A stretch of 64,000 nt of DNA from Chloroflexota bacterium (GCA_016190825.1 JACPPV010000023.1:139476-203475); one strand, 5' to 3'. Shown: positions 27,182-37,474, counted from the first letter of the stretch. Numbers and translations: made by a program. The notes: generated from the sequence alone by a model not told the origin.

Positions 27182-28780
27182 TTGTGGACGAACAACATGA
27201 ACGGCGTTTGGCACCCCCGGCCGGGTGACCGCTTCTATCATCCGCGGCGCATTTCCCGCTACCGCCTGAGACGGGTGCTGGGAATCCCGGCCCTTTTCAG
27301 CGCCGGCTACGGAGATGTTGGTTCCTCAATTTACTATGCTTTGGGGGTTGTTGCCCTCGTCGCTCTCGGCGCAACTCCTATTGTCCTCGGTATCGCTGGA
27401 ATTCTTTACATCTTTAACGCCTTAACTTATGCTGAAGGCTCGGCCACCTTGCCTGAAGCCGGCGGCTCTGCCAGTTTCGCCCAGCAAGGTATAAATGATG
27501 TTGTTGGATTCATCGCCGGCTGGGCGCTTATGTTGAGCTACGTTGTCACCATGGCCATCTCGGCGTATACCATTCCACCCTACCTGGCTTATTTCTGGCC
27601 AGCGCTCAAAGAGCCGGTTGCCGGGACCGCGATATCAATTGGATTCATTGCCTTTTTGATGTTAATCAATGTGTTTGGTGTAAAAGAATCGGCAAGGCTC
27701 AACATATTCTTTATCGTCATTGATATTTCAACCCAGATAACGCTGGTAGTCCTGGGCATAATACTGATACTGTTACCCAATCCAGGGAACCTGTTCCAGA
27801 ATATGTTCGGCGAGGGGAACTGGCCGTCCACACAGAATCTGGTCTTTGGCATAGCCATTGCAGCCCTGTGCTTCACCGGTGTTGAGACGGTATCACAGCT
27901 GGCAGCGGAGACACGCCAGCCAACGAAACGGGTACCCCAGGCTTATGTTCTCATGATCTTCGTCGTTCTAGTTCTTTTTGCCGGCATTTCCATAGTTGCC
28001 CTTTCCGCGATGACGCCACAGCTTCTTGGTGATCCCGTAAATGGCTGGGCAAGAGACCCCGTGGCCGGCATCGCCCAGGGGGTTTCTGACATCATACAGC
28101 CGCGGGAACTGGCCGCTTCAATCACTTCAGAGACGGAACTGGCTATTGTCCTTGCCTGGGTGTTCAACGGGATCCGCAATATATTACCTGTGCTGGTGGC
28201 GCTTTTGGCGTCTTCAATTCTGCTGACAGCAACCAACGCCGGGCTGATGGGCATTTCTCGCCTGGCATTTAATATGTCCTTCCATCGCCAGCTGCCCGCC
28301 GTTATGGGACGAATCCATCACCGTTTCCGAACGCCGTATGTGGGAATTGTTCTTTTTTGTTTCGTGGCTGTTGCTTTGCTTGTGCCGGGTTTTTTCAGTC
28401 CCGCTTTCTTTGAGGACCTGGGGGCATTATATGTTTTTGGCTCTCTCCTTGCCTTTGCCCTCGCCCATGCCGGGGTGCTTGCCCTGCGCTTGCGCCGGCC
28501 CGAGTTGCCGCGCCCGTTCAAGCTTGGCGGAAATATCAAAATCAGAAACCGTGAGTTGCCCATCACGGCGGTCCTCGGTTTAATCTCCACCCTGACAATA
28601 TGGTTCGTGATAATTGTTATCCAGCCGTACAGCCGGTGGGCAGGCATTGCCTGGATGGCCGGAGGACTGATTGTCTATTTCTTCTACCGTCGCTCGCAGC
28701 ACCTGCCGTTGACCCATATTCACCCGAAGAGTGCCCCCCCTCCGGAACCCGGTAAGAAAGAGACCCGCTCCGGACAGTAA
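27182..28780 (+). CDS. APC-superfamily amino acid permease
   Basis: 532 aa, about 12 TM helices, GSSIYYALG motif near TM1. TTG start (an alternative ATG lies at 27197). Confidence 0.85.
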   Translation: MWTNNMNGVWHPRPGDRFYHPRRISRYRLRRVLGIPALFSAGYGDVGSSIYYALGVVALVALGATPIVLGIAGILYIFNALTYAEGSATLPEAGGSASFAQQGINDVVGFIAGWALMLSYVVTMAISAYTIPPYLAYFWPALKEPVAGTAISIGFIAFLMLINVFGVKESARLNIFFIVIDISTQITLVVLGIILILLPNPGNLFQNMFGEGNWPSTQNLVFGIAIAALCFTGVETVSQLAAETRQPTKRVPQAYVLMIFVVLVLFAGISIVALSAMTPQLLGDPVNGWARDPVAGIAQGVSDIIQPRELAASITSETELAIVLAWVFNGIRNILPVLVALLASSILLTATNAGLMGISRLAFNMSFHRQLPAVMGRIHHRFRTPYVGIVLFCFVAVALLVPGFFSPAFFEDLGALYVFGSLLAFALAHAGVLALRLRRPELPRPFKLGGNIKIRNRELPITAVLGLISTLTIWFVIIVIQPYSRWAGIAWMAGGLIVYFFYRRSQHLPLTHIHPKSAPPPEPGKKETRSGQ

Positions 28781-28825
28781 GACATGTTTGCCGACGGTAT
28801 CCAGGGTGTGACCGGGACAAACTGC

Positions 28826-29386
28826 CTAAAAAAGGTGGGTAAAGAGTATCCTCAGGCCGATGCCGATCAAAATGGTTCCGCCGACCAATTTTGCCCTCTT
28901 CCCCAGCAGTCCGGTGGCCTTCCGCCCGACCCATAAACCACCCGCGGTAATCAGGAAGGCTACCAACCCGATGGTAAGGCTGGCTCTAATTATCCCGTTT
29001 TCCAGGAAAGCAAAGCTCAAGCCGACGGCGAAGGCATCGATGCTGGTTGCAATCGCCAGGGTCAGCAAAAGGATGCCCCGCGAAATGTCAGTTCGCTCGC
29101 TCTTCACCCCGCCTTTTCGGGCAGATTCCCAGACCATATGACCGCCCACCACCGCCAGCAGTGCGAAAGCTACCCAATGGTCGTAAGTGGAGATTGCCTG
29201 GACAATGGAACGTCCGGCGAGCCAGCCGAGGAGAGGCATCACGGCCTGGAAAAAACCGAAGGTGAATGAAGTGCGGAGTACCTGGAGAGGAGAAAGCCTT
29301 CGCATCGAAACGCTGCCGCTAACGGCTACGGCAAAGCAGTCGGCTGATACCCCGATGGCGACCAACAGGACAGAAATGAAATCCAT
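28826..29386 (-). CDS. mntP: Manganese efflux pump MntP
   Basis: 186 aa. Duplicated DxFAV motifs (SADCFAVAVS, SIDAFAVGLS). Six TM helices. Confidence 0.88.
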   Translation of the reverse strand: MDFISVLLVAIGVSADCFAVAVSGSVSMRRLSPLQVLRTSFTFGFFQAVMPLLGWLAGRSIVQAISTYDHWVAFALLAVVGGHMVWESARKGGVKSERTDISRGILLLTLAIATSIDAFAVGLSFAFLENGIIRASLTIGLVAFLITAGGLWVGRKATGLLGKRAKLVGGTILIGIGLRILFTHLF

Positions 29387-29581
29387 GACAAACGCGTTGC
29401 ATTATAGCACGTTCAGGCACGCGGAGGCTATCGCCGTGACCGCGATGCGCCAGTATCTTGACAGCAGATTAACTCGCAGTATTTTGTCCAATTGAAACCC
29501 CGTTTTCAACATGAAATTAATGTCACTTGAACGCCTGACAGGACACTATTGCTTAGTTGCATAAATAAGCGTACCAACGAC

Positions 29582-29690
29582 ACCGTTCGCCCCCGTATCA
29601 CGTACGGGGCAAGCTCTGAGCCTGTCGAAGGGCACGCCGATGGTTTCCTTCGGCTTCGCTCAGGACAGGCTAGCTCACCATGAACGGCGC
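29582..29690. repeat. 109-bp composite palindromic repeat, copy 2
   Basis: Differs from 10533-10641 at 3 positions only. Confidence 0.85.
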
Positions 29691-29721
29691 GTGCTGTTGC
29701 GCGGAATTCTGCAACTTAGTG

Positions 29722-30036
29722 CTAGACCACCCGCCACCACTCGGCTTCAGAATAATCGGTAAGCTTGAATCCCCTTTCTTCCAGTGCCTTGTATTCCGCG
29801 GCGGCTTCAGGCTTGGACATAAGCTGTCCCATGAAGGCATAGAACTCGGCAATGTCGTTCATTTCCACCTCGCCGACTACCCTGTCCGAGCGCCCGCTCA
29901 TATGGTCCACCAGGATGCGCATTTTAACACCGGGAGCATCACGCCGCATAAGTTGCTCACTGTCCTTCATGACCTGGGCGATCTGGTCAGCAGTACCCGG
30001 TTTACCGTATATGATTCTCCGCATAATGAATGACAT
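29722..30036 (-). CDS. Hypothetical small cytoplasmic protein
   Basis: Start MSFIMRRIIYGKPG is preceded by AGGAGG (5-nt spacer). No family recognised. Confidence 0.4.
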   Translation of the reverse strand: MSFIMRRIIYGKPGTADQIAQVMKDSEQLMRRDAPGVKMRILVDHMSGRSDRVVGEVEMNDIAEFYAFMGQLMSKPEAAAEYKALEERGFKLTDYSEAEWWRVV

Positions 30037-30345
30037 AATGCCTCCTTCCAGCGGTCCGTTTTCGTTCCTCCACAGCAATGAGCCTGGACTTATTCACACC
30101 GATTATGAACTTCAGCCAATCCAGTTGTCAAAGCTGCCTGGAGCCGCAGGGTTAGCCGGGAAATCACCCCTGAGTCATACTTTTAGGTGATTGATTGCCC
30201 ATGGAGGCGAACTTATGATAAAGACAGTTAATCGGCAACAACAAAATTTGAGTGGAGGTAGGGCCATAAGACAAGAGAATATGCACAGCAAAACGTCAAG
30301 GCAAAACAGTAGTAAACAAATATAATGCCGAAGGAGGCAAATAGA

Positions 30346-31035
30346 GTGAAAATAGGTTTCAAAAGAGGACAAAAAGGCTTTACCCTGGTGGAGTTGATGG
30401 TGGTCATGGCCATCATCGCGGTCCTGGCGGCGATAGTAGTCCCCCCCGTCACCGGCACCAAGCAGACCAGTTCTGAAAGCCAGGTCAAGCAGGATGCCAG
30501 CAATGTGCAGACGGCAGTCGGCAAATACAACGCTGATTCCAACCTGGCGGAGGAAATAACCGACAGTAACGACGAGACTTTCAGCACCCTGAACCAAATA
30601 CTTGGCGCCGCTATTCCTGATGATACCGTAACTACAAGCAACAGGTGGCCGGAGAAGTTCGTACAGGCGGCTTACGCTACTGAGTTCCCTGAGACGGCAG
30701 GCACTGAGGACACCACAACCGCCAGTGTCACTATCCTGGACAAAGCGGGCATACAAATCGCTACCAGCATCGGCAGCAGCAACCTTACCGGTTTTCTCGC
30801 CACCTATAACGCGGTTGACTTTGATACCCTCATAGATGGGGGCTACCTCCAGCAGAAACCGGATGGCGTCGAAGCCATGTTCACCAACCAGAGGCCATTC
30901 CACAACTACCTGTGGCTGGTCAAGAGAGTTTCGGTTGATGGCGTAGACAATGCCGGCCGCGTCGTCGAGGTATACAGCCTGAAGAAGGTACAGAAGGGTT
31001 CCGGCAGCGCCCTGACCTACCAGAGAATCTACTAA
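30346..31035 (+). CDS. Type IV pilin (prepilin N-terminal cleavage/methylation domain)
   Basis: GTG start 8 nt after AAGGAGG. VKIGFKRGQKG/FTLVELMVVMAIIAVLAAI is a class III signal with Glu+5. Confidence 0.8.
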   Translation: MKIGFKRGQKGFTLVELMVVMAIIAVLAAIVVPPVTGTKQTSSESQVKQDASNVQTAVGKYNADSNLAEEITDSNDETFSTLNQILGAAIPDDTVTTSNRWPEKFVQAAYATEFPETAGTEDTTTASVTILDKAGIQIATSIGSSNLTGFLATYNAVDFDTLIDGGYLQQKPDGVEAMFTNQRPFHNYLWLVKRVSVDGVDNAGRVVEVYSLKKVQKGSGSALTYQRIY

Positions 31036-31067
31036 GCATAAATTAGCAGGAGAGGAGAGAAGGAATA

Positions 31068-31562
31068 ATGAAGCTGAGTTTTAGGAAGGGCGAGAGGGGG
31101 TTTACCCTGATCGAGATCATGATAGTGCTAGCGGTGCTGGCCATCCTGGCGGCGGTAGTCGTCCCGAATGTGGCCGGCTTCGTCTCCCGGGGCAAGCAGA
31201 GGGCATGGGCGGCGGACCGGGACATACTCCAGGCGGCAGTTGATAGCTGGCGCACCGATATCAGTAAGCGGTCGGGCAACAAATGGCCGGTGACGGACAA
31301 CGTCACCGTCGGCGAGCCGACCACGAGCGGCGCTGACATCACTGACGACGAGGGCATGATTGACATCGCCAAGCTTTCAAGTGAGGGCTACATCAAGGGA
31401 GCTGATTCGGTGAAGTCAGCCAATACAACTCACCACACAACTGCCACCAACAGCGTGAGTGGCAGCTACGTCTGGTACATTGACTCAAACGGCGAAGTGC
31501 ACTCGATATACTATGACGGCTCCGCCTGGCAGGATGACTTCCAGACCGATATCTATCCATAA
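31068..31562 (+). CDS. Type IV pilin
   Basis: MKLSFRKGERG/FTLIEIMIVLAVLAILAAVV. Confidence 0.8.
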   Translation: MKLSFRKGERGFTLIEIMIVLAVLAILAAVVVPNVAGFVSRGKQRAWAADRDILQAAVDSWRTDISKRSGNKWPVTDNVTVGEPTTSGADITDDEGMIDIAKLSSEGYIKGADSVKSANTTHHTTATNSVSGSYVWYIDSNGEVHSIYYDGSAWQDDFQTDIYP

Positions 31563-31586
31563 TCCAGATCGGGGTTAGAACCAGGA

Positions 31587-31618
31587 AAGGGACTCGCACA
31601 CAGCGGGTCCCTTTTTTT
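31587..31618. terminator. Intrinsic terminator between convergent genes
   Basis: aaGGGAC-tcgcacacagcgg-GTCCCttttttt, with an A-run on the other side. Usable in both directions. Confidence 0.6.
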
Positions 31619-31650
31619 GATGGCTAAACTCTGTTTTTTGCTGAACCTTC

Positions 31651-32829
31651 TTACAACCTTACCTTCGCCATCGGCAGTATGATCTTCACCTCAGTCCCCC
31701 GCCCTGGCGTTGACGATATGTTCACGTTTCCACCCAGGCTTCCGGCTCTTTCCCGAATGATATTCAGGCCGTGATAGCCAGGCACGGTCGCGGCTGATAA
31801 GGTATCGGGGATAAAGCCATTGCCATTATCGCTGACCGTCATCTCTACGTTTCGGGGGTTGCCTCCGAGGGTTATGGACACCTCGGTTGCCTGAGCATGT
31901 CTTCTGACGTTGGAGAGCAGTTCCTGGGCAATTCGAAATAACTGCAGCTCAGCCGTCGGAGATAACCGGAAAAAATCCTTGGAGACATCCAGGTGGGATA
32001 TTATTCCGGTGGCGGTACTGAACTCTTTGGTGTACTTTGCCAGGGCAGGTATCAGGGGAACGTTTCTTACCTCGCCTCCCAGCTGGTCAATCGATTCCCG
32101 GATATCATCGTACGAATTCTCTACTACTTTTCGGATTACGGCTAACTCGTTCAGCGCCTGTTCGGAACTCTTTGCAGAGATTGCTTTACCGAGCAGTTTC
32201 GTCTGCATGTCAAGGTAACTCAGTGATTGGGCGATGCCATCATGTATTTCTCCGGCCATGCGGCGGCGCTCATCGAGCATAGCCTCGCTCTCAATACGAC
32301 GGTGGATATTCAGGTTGATACGGAAAGGGACCAGCGCAGAGACAATGGCGAAAAGTGCATAAAAGATAAGCAGTTCAAGATTGTAATTTTTCATTATCCA
32401 GGAAAACCTCTCCATGAACTGCGCCAAAATAGTGTGGGACACAGAAAGAATGACTGAAGCGGTCAGCGCCATAGAGATGGCTATCCTCTCTTCAAAAAGA
32501 AGTGACGCTGCCATAATTGGGGTCAGCGAATATAGCAAAAAGATGCTGGTCACACCGCCGGAGTAAGTCACCAGCGCGATACAGACCAGGAAATCACCGG
32601 CCAGGATAATGTAGCTTGCCGGGCCTTTCTCGCGCCAGCGCAGGGGAGAGAACACTTTGAGGACGGTATATATGCCAAGCAAGCCCAGGATGATGTATAG
32701 CTGCAAATCCGGGAGCTCCGCAGCGCCAGATGGCGGGCCGACCCGAAAAAACAGCACAGCCAGCCCATACGAGAGGAAACGATAAATTGAAAGAAACTGG
32801 TAAATGTCTTTTTCGTGGCGGCCTGGCAT
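31651..32829 (-). CDS. Membrane sensor histidine kinase (HisKA_3 / NarL-partner type)
   Basis: 392 aa. Multi-TM N-terminus, H-box AGEIHDGIAQSL, HATPase DNGNGF..GLNIIRERA. No adjacent response regulator. Confidence 0.8.
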   Translation of the reverse strand: MPGRHEKDIYQFLSIYRFLSYGLAVLFFRVGPPSGAAELPDLQLYIILGLLGIYTVLKVFSPLRWREKGPASYIILAGDFLVCIALVTYSGGVTSIFLLYSLTPIMAASLLFEERIAISMALTASVILSVSHTILAQFMERFSWIMKNYNLELLIFYALFAIVSALVPFRINLNIHRRIESEAMLDERRRMAGEIHDGIAQSLSYLDMQTKLLGKAISAKSSEQALNELAVIRKVVENSYDDIRESIDQLGGEVRNVPLIPALAKYTKEFSTATGIISHLDVSKDFFRLSPTAELQLFRIAQELLSNVRRHAQATEVSITLGGNPRNVEMTVSDNGNGFIPDTLSAATVPGYHGLNIIRERAGSLGGNVNISSTPGRGTEVKIILPMAKVRL

Positions 32830-32944
32830 GTGTTACCTCGCCACCTAGATTAGTATATTCCTCGTTATTGTGTCAAACTGGCATCAAATCTGAAGTTCTT
32901 TACAAAAATTGTACGACATGTTGTTTCGACAAAGGGCGTACGCC

Positions 32945-33017
32945 TGTCATTGCGGGTTCCGAAGGTAGTGGGGACGAAGCAATCCGTACGATTGCAGCCT
33001 GAGACGGCTTGCTTCAG
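32945..33017. repeat. Palindromic repeat (TGTCATTGCG family)
   Basis: tgtcattgcgggttccgaaggtagtggggacgaagcaatccgtacgattgcagcctgagacggcttgcttcag. Confidence 0.6.
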
Positions 33018-33119
33018 GGAGTTTGCACTGACCCGGAACGTGGTGAAGGGGAACGTCCTCCAATGACGAATTACGCAACTGTCTGTAAAACTAAACACCA
33101 GTCCAAATCCGGACAGGGA

Positions 33120-34562
33120 CTACCGGCTCACGGTTATGCTGAAGGCTGTTTCACTGACCATGGTAATGCTGACCCTGGGGAAACTCCCCTCCTTTTCAAA
33201 GGCTTTGGCGTAGCTGACAGCATCGGCGGGACTGTTCATTTCCCCCTCAAGTGTTATCTGGCCAGAACTCAGGACGATCGATCTGAGGCGGACGCCGGCG
33301 GGCAAAAGACCGGTAACAACTCCCAACGCATTTGTGAATTCGCCGCGCCGGGCAAGGATGGCCTGATGCTCCGCCTCAAGGGTTTTCACTGCTGCTTCGG
33401 CTTTGGCGACGTCATCCTTGAGCGCGCTTTCTTTGTTCATAGCCAAGCGGACCTGCCGGAGTTCCTGAGTGACCGCAGCCAGTTCGCCGGTCAGGCGCGT
33501 TGTCTCTGCATCGTTCCTGATTTTCAACTGGTAGGTTGGCAGGAGGCCGATCATAGCCACCGTCGCCGCCAGTGAGAAAAAAATGAGCTTTAACGACCAG
33601 CCGCGCCCACGGTACCTATCAGGAAGTATATTGAGACTCACGTCCCGGGGTCTCTCCCCGTGCAAAACTATCGGCACCTTTGCCAGCGCCAGCCCGATGT
33701 TCACCGCGTAGGAAGCGACTGGCATATCAGGCGGGCATTTCACTGGTGGCTCGAGCGGTAAAACGGGATGGTCTATTCCATCTTTTACAAGCTCCGTTAC
33801 AGTAGCATCGCCTGACAGTTCTCCCGTCAGAAAAGCCGGAGCAGCGGTATTGAAAGGACTCTCCGGATGTCCCTGATTGTAAAACTCGATGGTCCTCAAT
33901 ATCTCTTCTGTAAGACGGCGGATATTGTCCTCAAGAGTCGCCCCATCCCCACGGGGTATGGTAGTCCGCATGATAGCAGGGACGCCATTTGCCAGCAGGA
34001 TAATATTGTAACTACCTGGTTCCAGGTCTACGATCAGCGCATCCTGGAGACTAACCAGCCTGGTCAGCGCCAGCGGTTTGAGCCACATAATGTCAGGCCT
34101 GACTCCGCCCTTCGTCAGGGCTTGAACCTCGGCGTCCACAAGGTCGCGGGGCACACCCATAAGGAAAAACTCCTGCTCCCCGTTTTTGCTCCCAAGGGGT
34201 CGCCAGCTAAGGTAGAGCTGCTCCAGGGGCACCGGAATTTCACCCTTCATTGCCCGCTGGACGGCTTCTTCGACGAGGTCTGGTTCCATCAGGGGCAGGG
34301 TAAAGAAACGGTGAACAGAGCGAAGCCCACTAAGACTGACGATAACCTTTCCCTTCGGCGCTTCTAGCTGTTTGAGAAGGCGCTGGACAGCCTCTCCCAC
34401 AGCTTCAGACTGCAAAATGACATCATTCTTGACCAGGTCCGGCGTCAATGTCACCCTGCCCCACTTCTCCACCCTGTCCCCTCTCAGCACAAGTCCTCTT
34501 ATGCTGTTGGACTCGATGTTTATCGTGATAAGTCTTCTTCGAAAAAAGCGAAACAAGTCCAA
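33120..34562 (-). CDS. pilM: Type IV pilus assembly PilM-PilN fusion protein
   Basis: 480 aa. N-terminal actin-like PilM region, then a TM helix (LIFFSLAATVAMIGLLP) and a coiled-coil/PilN-like periplasmic part. TTG start. Confidence 0.75.
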   Translation of the reverse strand: MDLFRFFRRRLITINIESNSIRGLVLRGDRVEKWGRVTLTPDLVKNDVILQSEAVGEAVQRLLKQLEAPKGKVIVSLSGLRSVHRFFTLPLMEPDLVEEAVQRAMKGEIPVPLEQLYLSWRPLGSKNGEQEFFLMGVPRDLVDAEVQALTKGGVRPDIMWLKPLALTRLVSLQDALIVDLEPGSYNIILLANGVPAIMRTTIPRGDGATLEDNIRRLTEEILRTIEFYNQGHPESPFNTAAPAFLTGELSGDATVTELVKDGIDHPVLPLEPPVKCPPDMPVASYAVNIGLALAKVPIVLHGERPRDVSLNILPDRYRGRGWSLKLIFFSLAATVAMIGLLPTYQLKIRNDAETTRLTGELAAVTQELRQVRLAMNKESALKDDVAKAEAAVKTLEAEHQAILARRGEFTNALGVVTGLLPAGVRLRSIVLSSGQITLEGEMNSPADAVSYAKAFEKEGSFPRVSITMVSETAFSITVSR

Positions 34563-34570
34563 TTCCCTTT

Positions 34571-35134
34571 CTACTTGGAGTCAGAGGTAACGGCCTCCGG
34601 GGGCAGGGGATGGGCATAAACAGACAGGCTCAGACTGACTGAGCTTTGCGCCTGGTCAAGGGCTATATTAACCCTGTCTATGACAAGGGTTTTGAGTATA
34701 CCCTCTTCTAGCCGCTGGATGAACACCCTGAGCTGCGAGAAGCTTCCCTCAGCCGCTACTTCGAGCCGCAAAACATTGTAAGTATTCGTACCAATTTTTT
34801 CGGATGAGATGGCCTTTGCCTGGAGAACAAAAGCCTTGACCTGGCTTTGCTGAGCCACCTGCTGGACCCAGTCCACTATTTCTGTATTGCTTAACACGGA
34901 GGGAAAAGAGGAATGTTCCGCAGCTACCTCTGAACGGGCAGCCGCCAGGCGCCGCTCCAGGTCATCCAGATTGTCCCCGGCACCCGACATGGCGGGACGC
35001 AACTGGTCAATCTGAAACGTCAATTCCCTTTGCTCCCGTTGCTGCCTGACATAGGTCGTCAGCAGAAAAACATAGCCTGCGGCAGCGATGATGATTACGA
35101 GGATGAACCAGGTGAGCAGTCTAATTCTCTTCAC
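34571..35134 (-). CDS. PilO-like pilus assembly protein
   Basis: 187 aa. N-terminal TM helix, coiled coil, ferredoxin-like C-terminal part. Called by position in the operon, with weak sequence evidence. Confidence 0.5.
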   Translation of the reverse strand: MKRIRLLTWFILVIIIAAAGYVFLLTTYVRQQREQRELTFQIDQLRPAMSGAGDNLDDLERRLAAARSEVAAEHSSFPSVLSNTEIVDWVQQVAQQSQVKAFVLQAKAISSEKIGTNTYNVLRLEVAAEGSFSQLRVFIQRLEEGILKTLVIDRVNIALDQAQSSVSLSLSVYAHPLPPEAVTSDSK

Positions 35135-35216
35135 TGCGTTTCCTCTTTTCCCTTCGCGAGCGTTGCCCCAAGAATTTCTGTATCCGCTGTCCGAGCCTGT
35201 CCGAAAATACCATATT

Positions 35217-35361
35217 TGTCACCCTGAATCCCGATCAGTCGGGACGAAGGGTCTGGGAGTGGTGGGGTCCATGCGTCCAGTGCCCCGTCCGCCCCCAGAT
35301 TCTTCGTCGTCCCGCTCCGTCCCGACCTAGTCGGGGTAAATCGGGACTCCTCAGAATGACA
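35217..35361. repeat. 145-bp palindromic repeat element inside the pilus operon
   Basis: tgtcaccctgaatcccgatcagtcgggacgaag ... gtcccgacctagtcggggtaaatcgggactcctcagaatgaca. The listed ORF 35131-35436 is its translation. Confidence 0.6.
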
Positions 35362-35432
35362 ATTTTCGAACAGTTTCATGATAGTTGAGGCAAAATCCCC
35401 TCGCCATTTGAAAGTTTCCGCCGTAGAACCAC

Positions 35433-36368
35433 TCACTCTACCTGCCAGGAAAGGATGGATAAGCCGGTGGCGCCGAAGACGGCGCGACTCAGAATAGTTG
35501 TTCCATCAGCTTGCGCAAGTATATCATAGGCGTACGGGCAATACCCCCCTCCTACAGGGGCAGTCGAGCCTGTAGCCACGGTGCTGACGCTATCCGGGAC
35601 CCATGTCGCCCAGGCTTCATTCCAGTAGACGTCCGCACCCAGGATCACCCATGCACCAAAGCCCATTGTGCCTGTTTGGCCGCGGTCGACACTAGGCTTG
35701 GGCGATTGCGGTTGCGTTCCCCACACCAGTTTTTTCCGCGCCCCTTCGTTTGTTATCACCGGCTCCGGATCCGCATTGCCCAGGTTGGTAAGATTACTTG
35801 AGCCGTCCACATAAGAAAAGCCGGGCGGAAGCAAATCCCCAATTTCGTCAAAGTGTATTCTCGATGTGTCATTGTTGGTCACGGCGATGGTATAGGTAAA
35901 GGTTACGTTCTCGCTCACCGCCGCCGAACAGGACGATACAGTTTTAGAAATGATGACGCGGTTGGATTGTGTTCCCTCGGGAGGCGGCTGCGGCACAGGC
36001 GGAGACTCGATATAGGTGTAGGTCATGGTGACGTTGACACTCATGCCGTTAATGTTGTTTAGCGTGTAATTCGTCGTGGGATTCGCCAGGGTCAGGCTGT
36101 TGGCAAAATCAGGTTCATATTTCAGCCGCCAGAGGGCGTGTTCGATTCCTGAATCGGCTGAGTACTGCTCGATTATCGCCTGCCGGTAGGAACGGGATGT
36201 GAGCAGGGCAGTGCTGGAATGTCCCAGGAAAGGGACAACAACCAGTGTGCCCACGGCCAGTGCCACCAGCACCAAGGGCAAAGCCTGCCCTGAGCCTGCC
36301 GAAGGGGCCTGCCCTTCCTCGCCCTTACTGAAGAGGGCGTTTAACAACTGCCAAAACAACCCAGGCAT
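35433..36368 (-). CDS. PilX-like pilus-associated protein with a beta-sandwich (DUF11-like) domain
   Basis: Start at MPGLFWQLL. TM helix LPLVLVALAVGTLVVVPF, then AIIEQYSADSGIEHALWRL (PilX_N-like), then VTFTYTIAVTNND. The listed 5' extension only translates a repeat element. Confidence 0.5.
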   Translation of the reverse strand: MPGLFWQLLNALFSKGEEGQAPSAGSGQALPLVLVALAVGTLVVVPFLGHSSTALLTSRSYRQAIIEQYSADSGIEHALWRLKYEPDFANSLTLANPTTNYTLNNINGMSVNVTMTYTYIESPPVPQPPPEGTQSNRVIISKTVSSCSAAVSENVTFTYTIAVTNNDTSRIHFDEIGDLLPPGFSYVDGSSNLTNLGNADPEPVITNEGARKKLVWGTQPQSPKPSVDRGQTGTMGFGAWVILGADVYWNEAWATWVPDSVSTVATGSTAPVGGGYCPYAYDILAQADGTTILSRAVFGATGLSILSWQVE

Positions 36369-36370
36369 TA

Positions 36371-36444
36371 TGTCATTGCGAGCGTAGCGAAGCAATCCGT
36401 GAATCGGGTGACGGATTGCTTTGGGCTTCGCCCTCGCAATGACA
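36371..36444. repeat. Palindromic repeat (TGTCATTGCGAG...CTCGCAATGACA)
   Basis: tgtcattgcgagcgtagcgaagcaatccgtgaatcgggtgacggattgctttgggcttcgccctcgcaatgaca. Near-perfect hairpin. Confidence 0.8.
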
Positions 36445-36665
36445 AGGTCGTTATTAAACACTCTGCTGAAACGTTTTGACATCAGTTTCCTCATGATCAC
36501 TAAGTGTCTCAAAATAGTATAGATTGCATATTAACCATACCGACGAAAGTCGGTATCCAGAAAATAGACGTCCTGCCTAGATTCCGGCTTTCGCCGGAAT
36601 GGATGTGTTGTTGGTTGCTTGACAGCCTTCATTGCAATTGAGAAGTCCATTTTATTATGAGACTA

Positions 36666-37127
36666 TTAGTAACTCGTTGGCCTCAGGTAGACCTTGTACG
36701 TCCTCGTCTCAGTTACTCCCCACCGGTTCACGGGCGAAGAGGTAATGGTCATGGTGATCACGCGGCCATCCAGAGTAAAGACGGCATCGGCAACATTCCG
36801 CGCCAGTACTATCTCAGAACCCCCGGCAGACCGGCGAAGCTCATAGAGAGGCCCGGAGCCTTCCAGTTCGTACTCGATCGTGGAGTTGTCCGATAAAGTA
36901 AGCTCCAAGCCGCTGCTCACATTGGCTGAAGTGGCCATCTGCCCGTCAAGGGCGAACCAGGAAGCGGCGTTCTGGACGTCATGCAGCGCGGTCAGCGTGC
37001 GGCTGCCGCTCTCAGTAACGGCGAAGAACTGGTATATGGCTGTGCCCGGCAGCCCGATAATCAGTCCGGTGATGGCGATAGCCACAAGAAGCTCAACCAG
37101 CGCCATTCCCCGCTGACTTTTCATCAC
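36666..37127 (-). CDS. Minor pilin / pseudopilin
   Basis: MMKSQRG/MALVELLVAIAITGLI prepilin signal with Glu+5. Confidence 0.7.
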   Translation of the reverse strand: MMKSQRGMALVELLVAIAITGLIIGLPGTAIYQFFAVTESGSRTLTALHDVQNAASWFALDGQMATSANVSSGLELTLSDNSTIEYELEGSGPLYELRRSAGGSEIVLARNVADAVFTLDGRVITMTITSSPVNRWGVTETRTYKVYLRPTSY

Positions 37128-37474
37128 CGGTTTACCTTGTAGTCCTCTACCGCGAGCAGGGTTGCCCCGTCCCGCGATACGGTGACCGTGACTTTCGTAA
37201 TATTGTCGGCGATAGGACTGAAATCGATAAAAACATCGTAGCCTGGCTCACTGACGGCGGAATATGTTCCTGTTTCGTTATAAGAAACGGCCTTAATCGC
37301 CTCCAGGTTTGTGCGCGCCAGGCTCTGTGCTGTGGCATCCTGACCGGCGACGCGGACCGCCAGTGAGCCGGTTGAAAGGGCTGAAATTGCGGCAACTACG
37401 GCGGTCCCCAGTATGGCGACCGCAATCAAAGCCTCAACCAGGCCGGCCCCCCTTTCCTGCCAGACCAGGTTCAT
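37124..37474 (-). CDS. Minor pilin (PilV-like)
   Basis: MNLVWQERG/AGLVEALIAVAILGTAVV. 4-nt overlaps on both sides. Confidence 0.7.
   Translation of the reverse strand: MNLVWQERGAGLVEALIAVAILGTAVVAAISALSTGSLAVRVAGQDATAQSLARTNLEAIKAVSYNETGTYSAVSEPGYDVFIDFSPIADNITKVTVTVSRDGATLLAVEDYKVNR

Noticed and set aside
29387-29560. Expected yybP-ykoY (Mn2+) riboswitch upstream of mntP
   Set aside because: mntP genes often carry this leader. On the minus strand of this region I could not find the conserved GGGGAGUAG / GAGAC-type cores, only a TATAAT-like box near the start. A covariance-model search (Rfam RF00080) would settle it.
35131-35436. 101-aa minus-strand ORF between the PilX-like and PilO-like genes
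   Set aside because: Its sequence (..HSEESRFTPTRSGRSG..) is the translation of the palindromic repeat element at 35217-35361, so it is not a gene.
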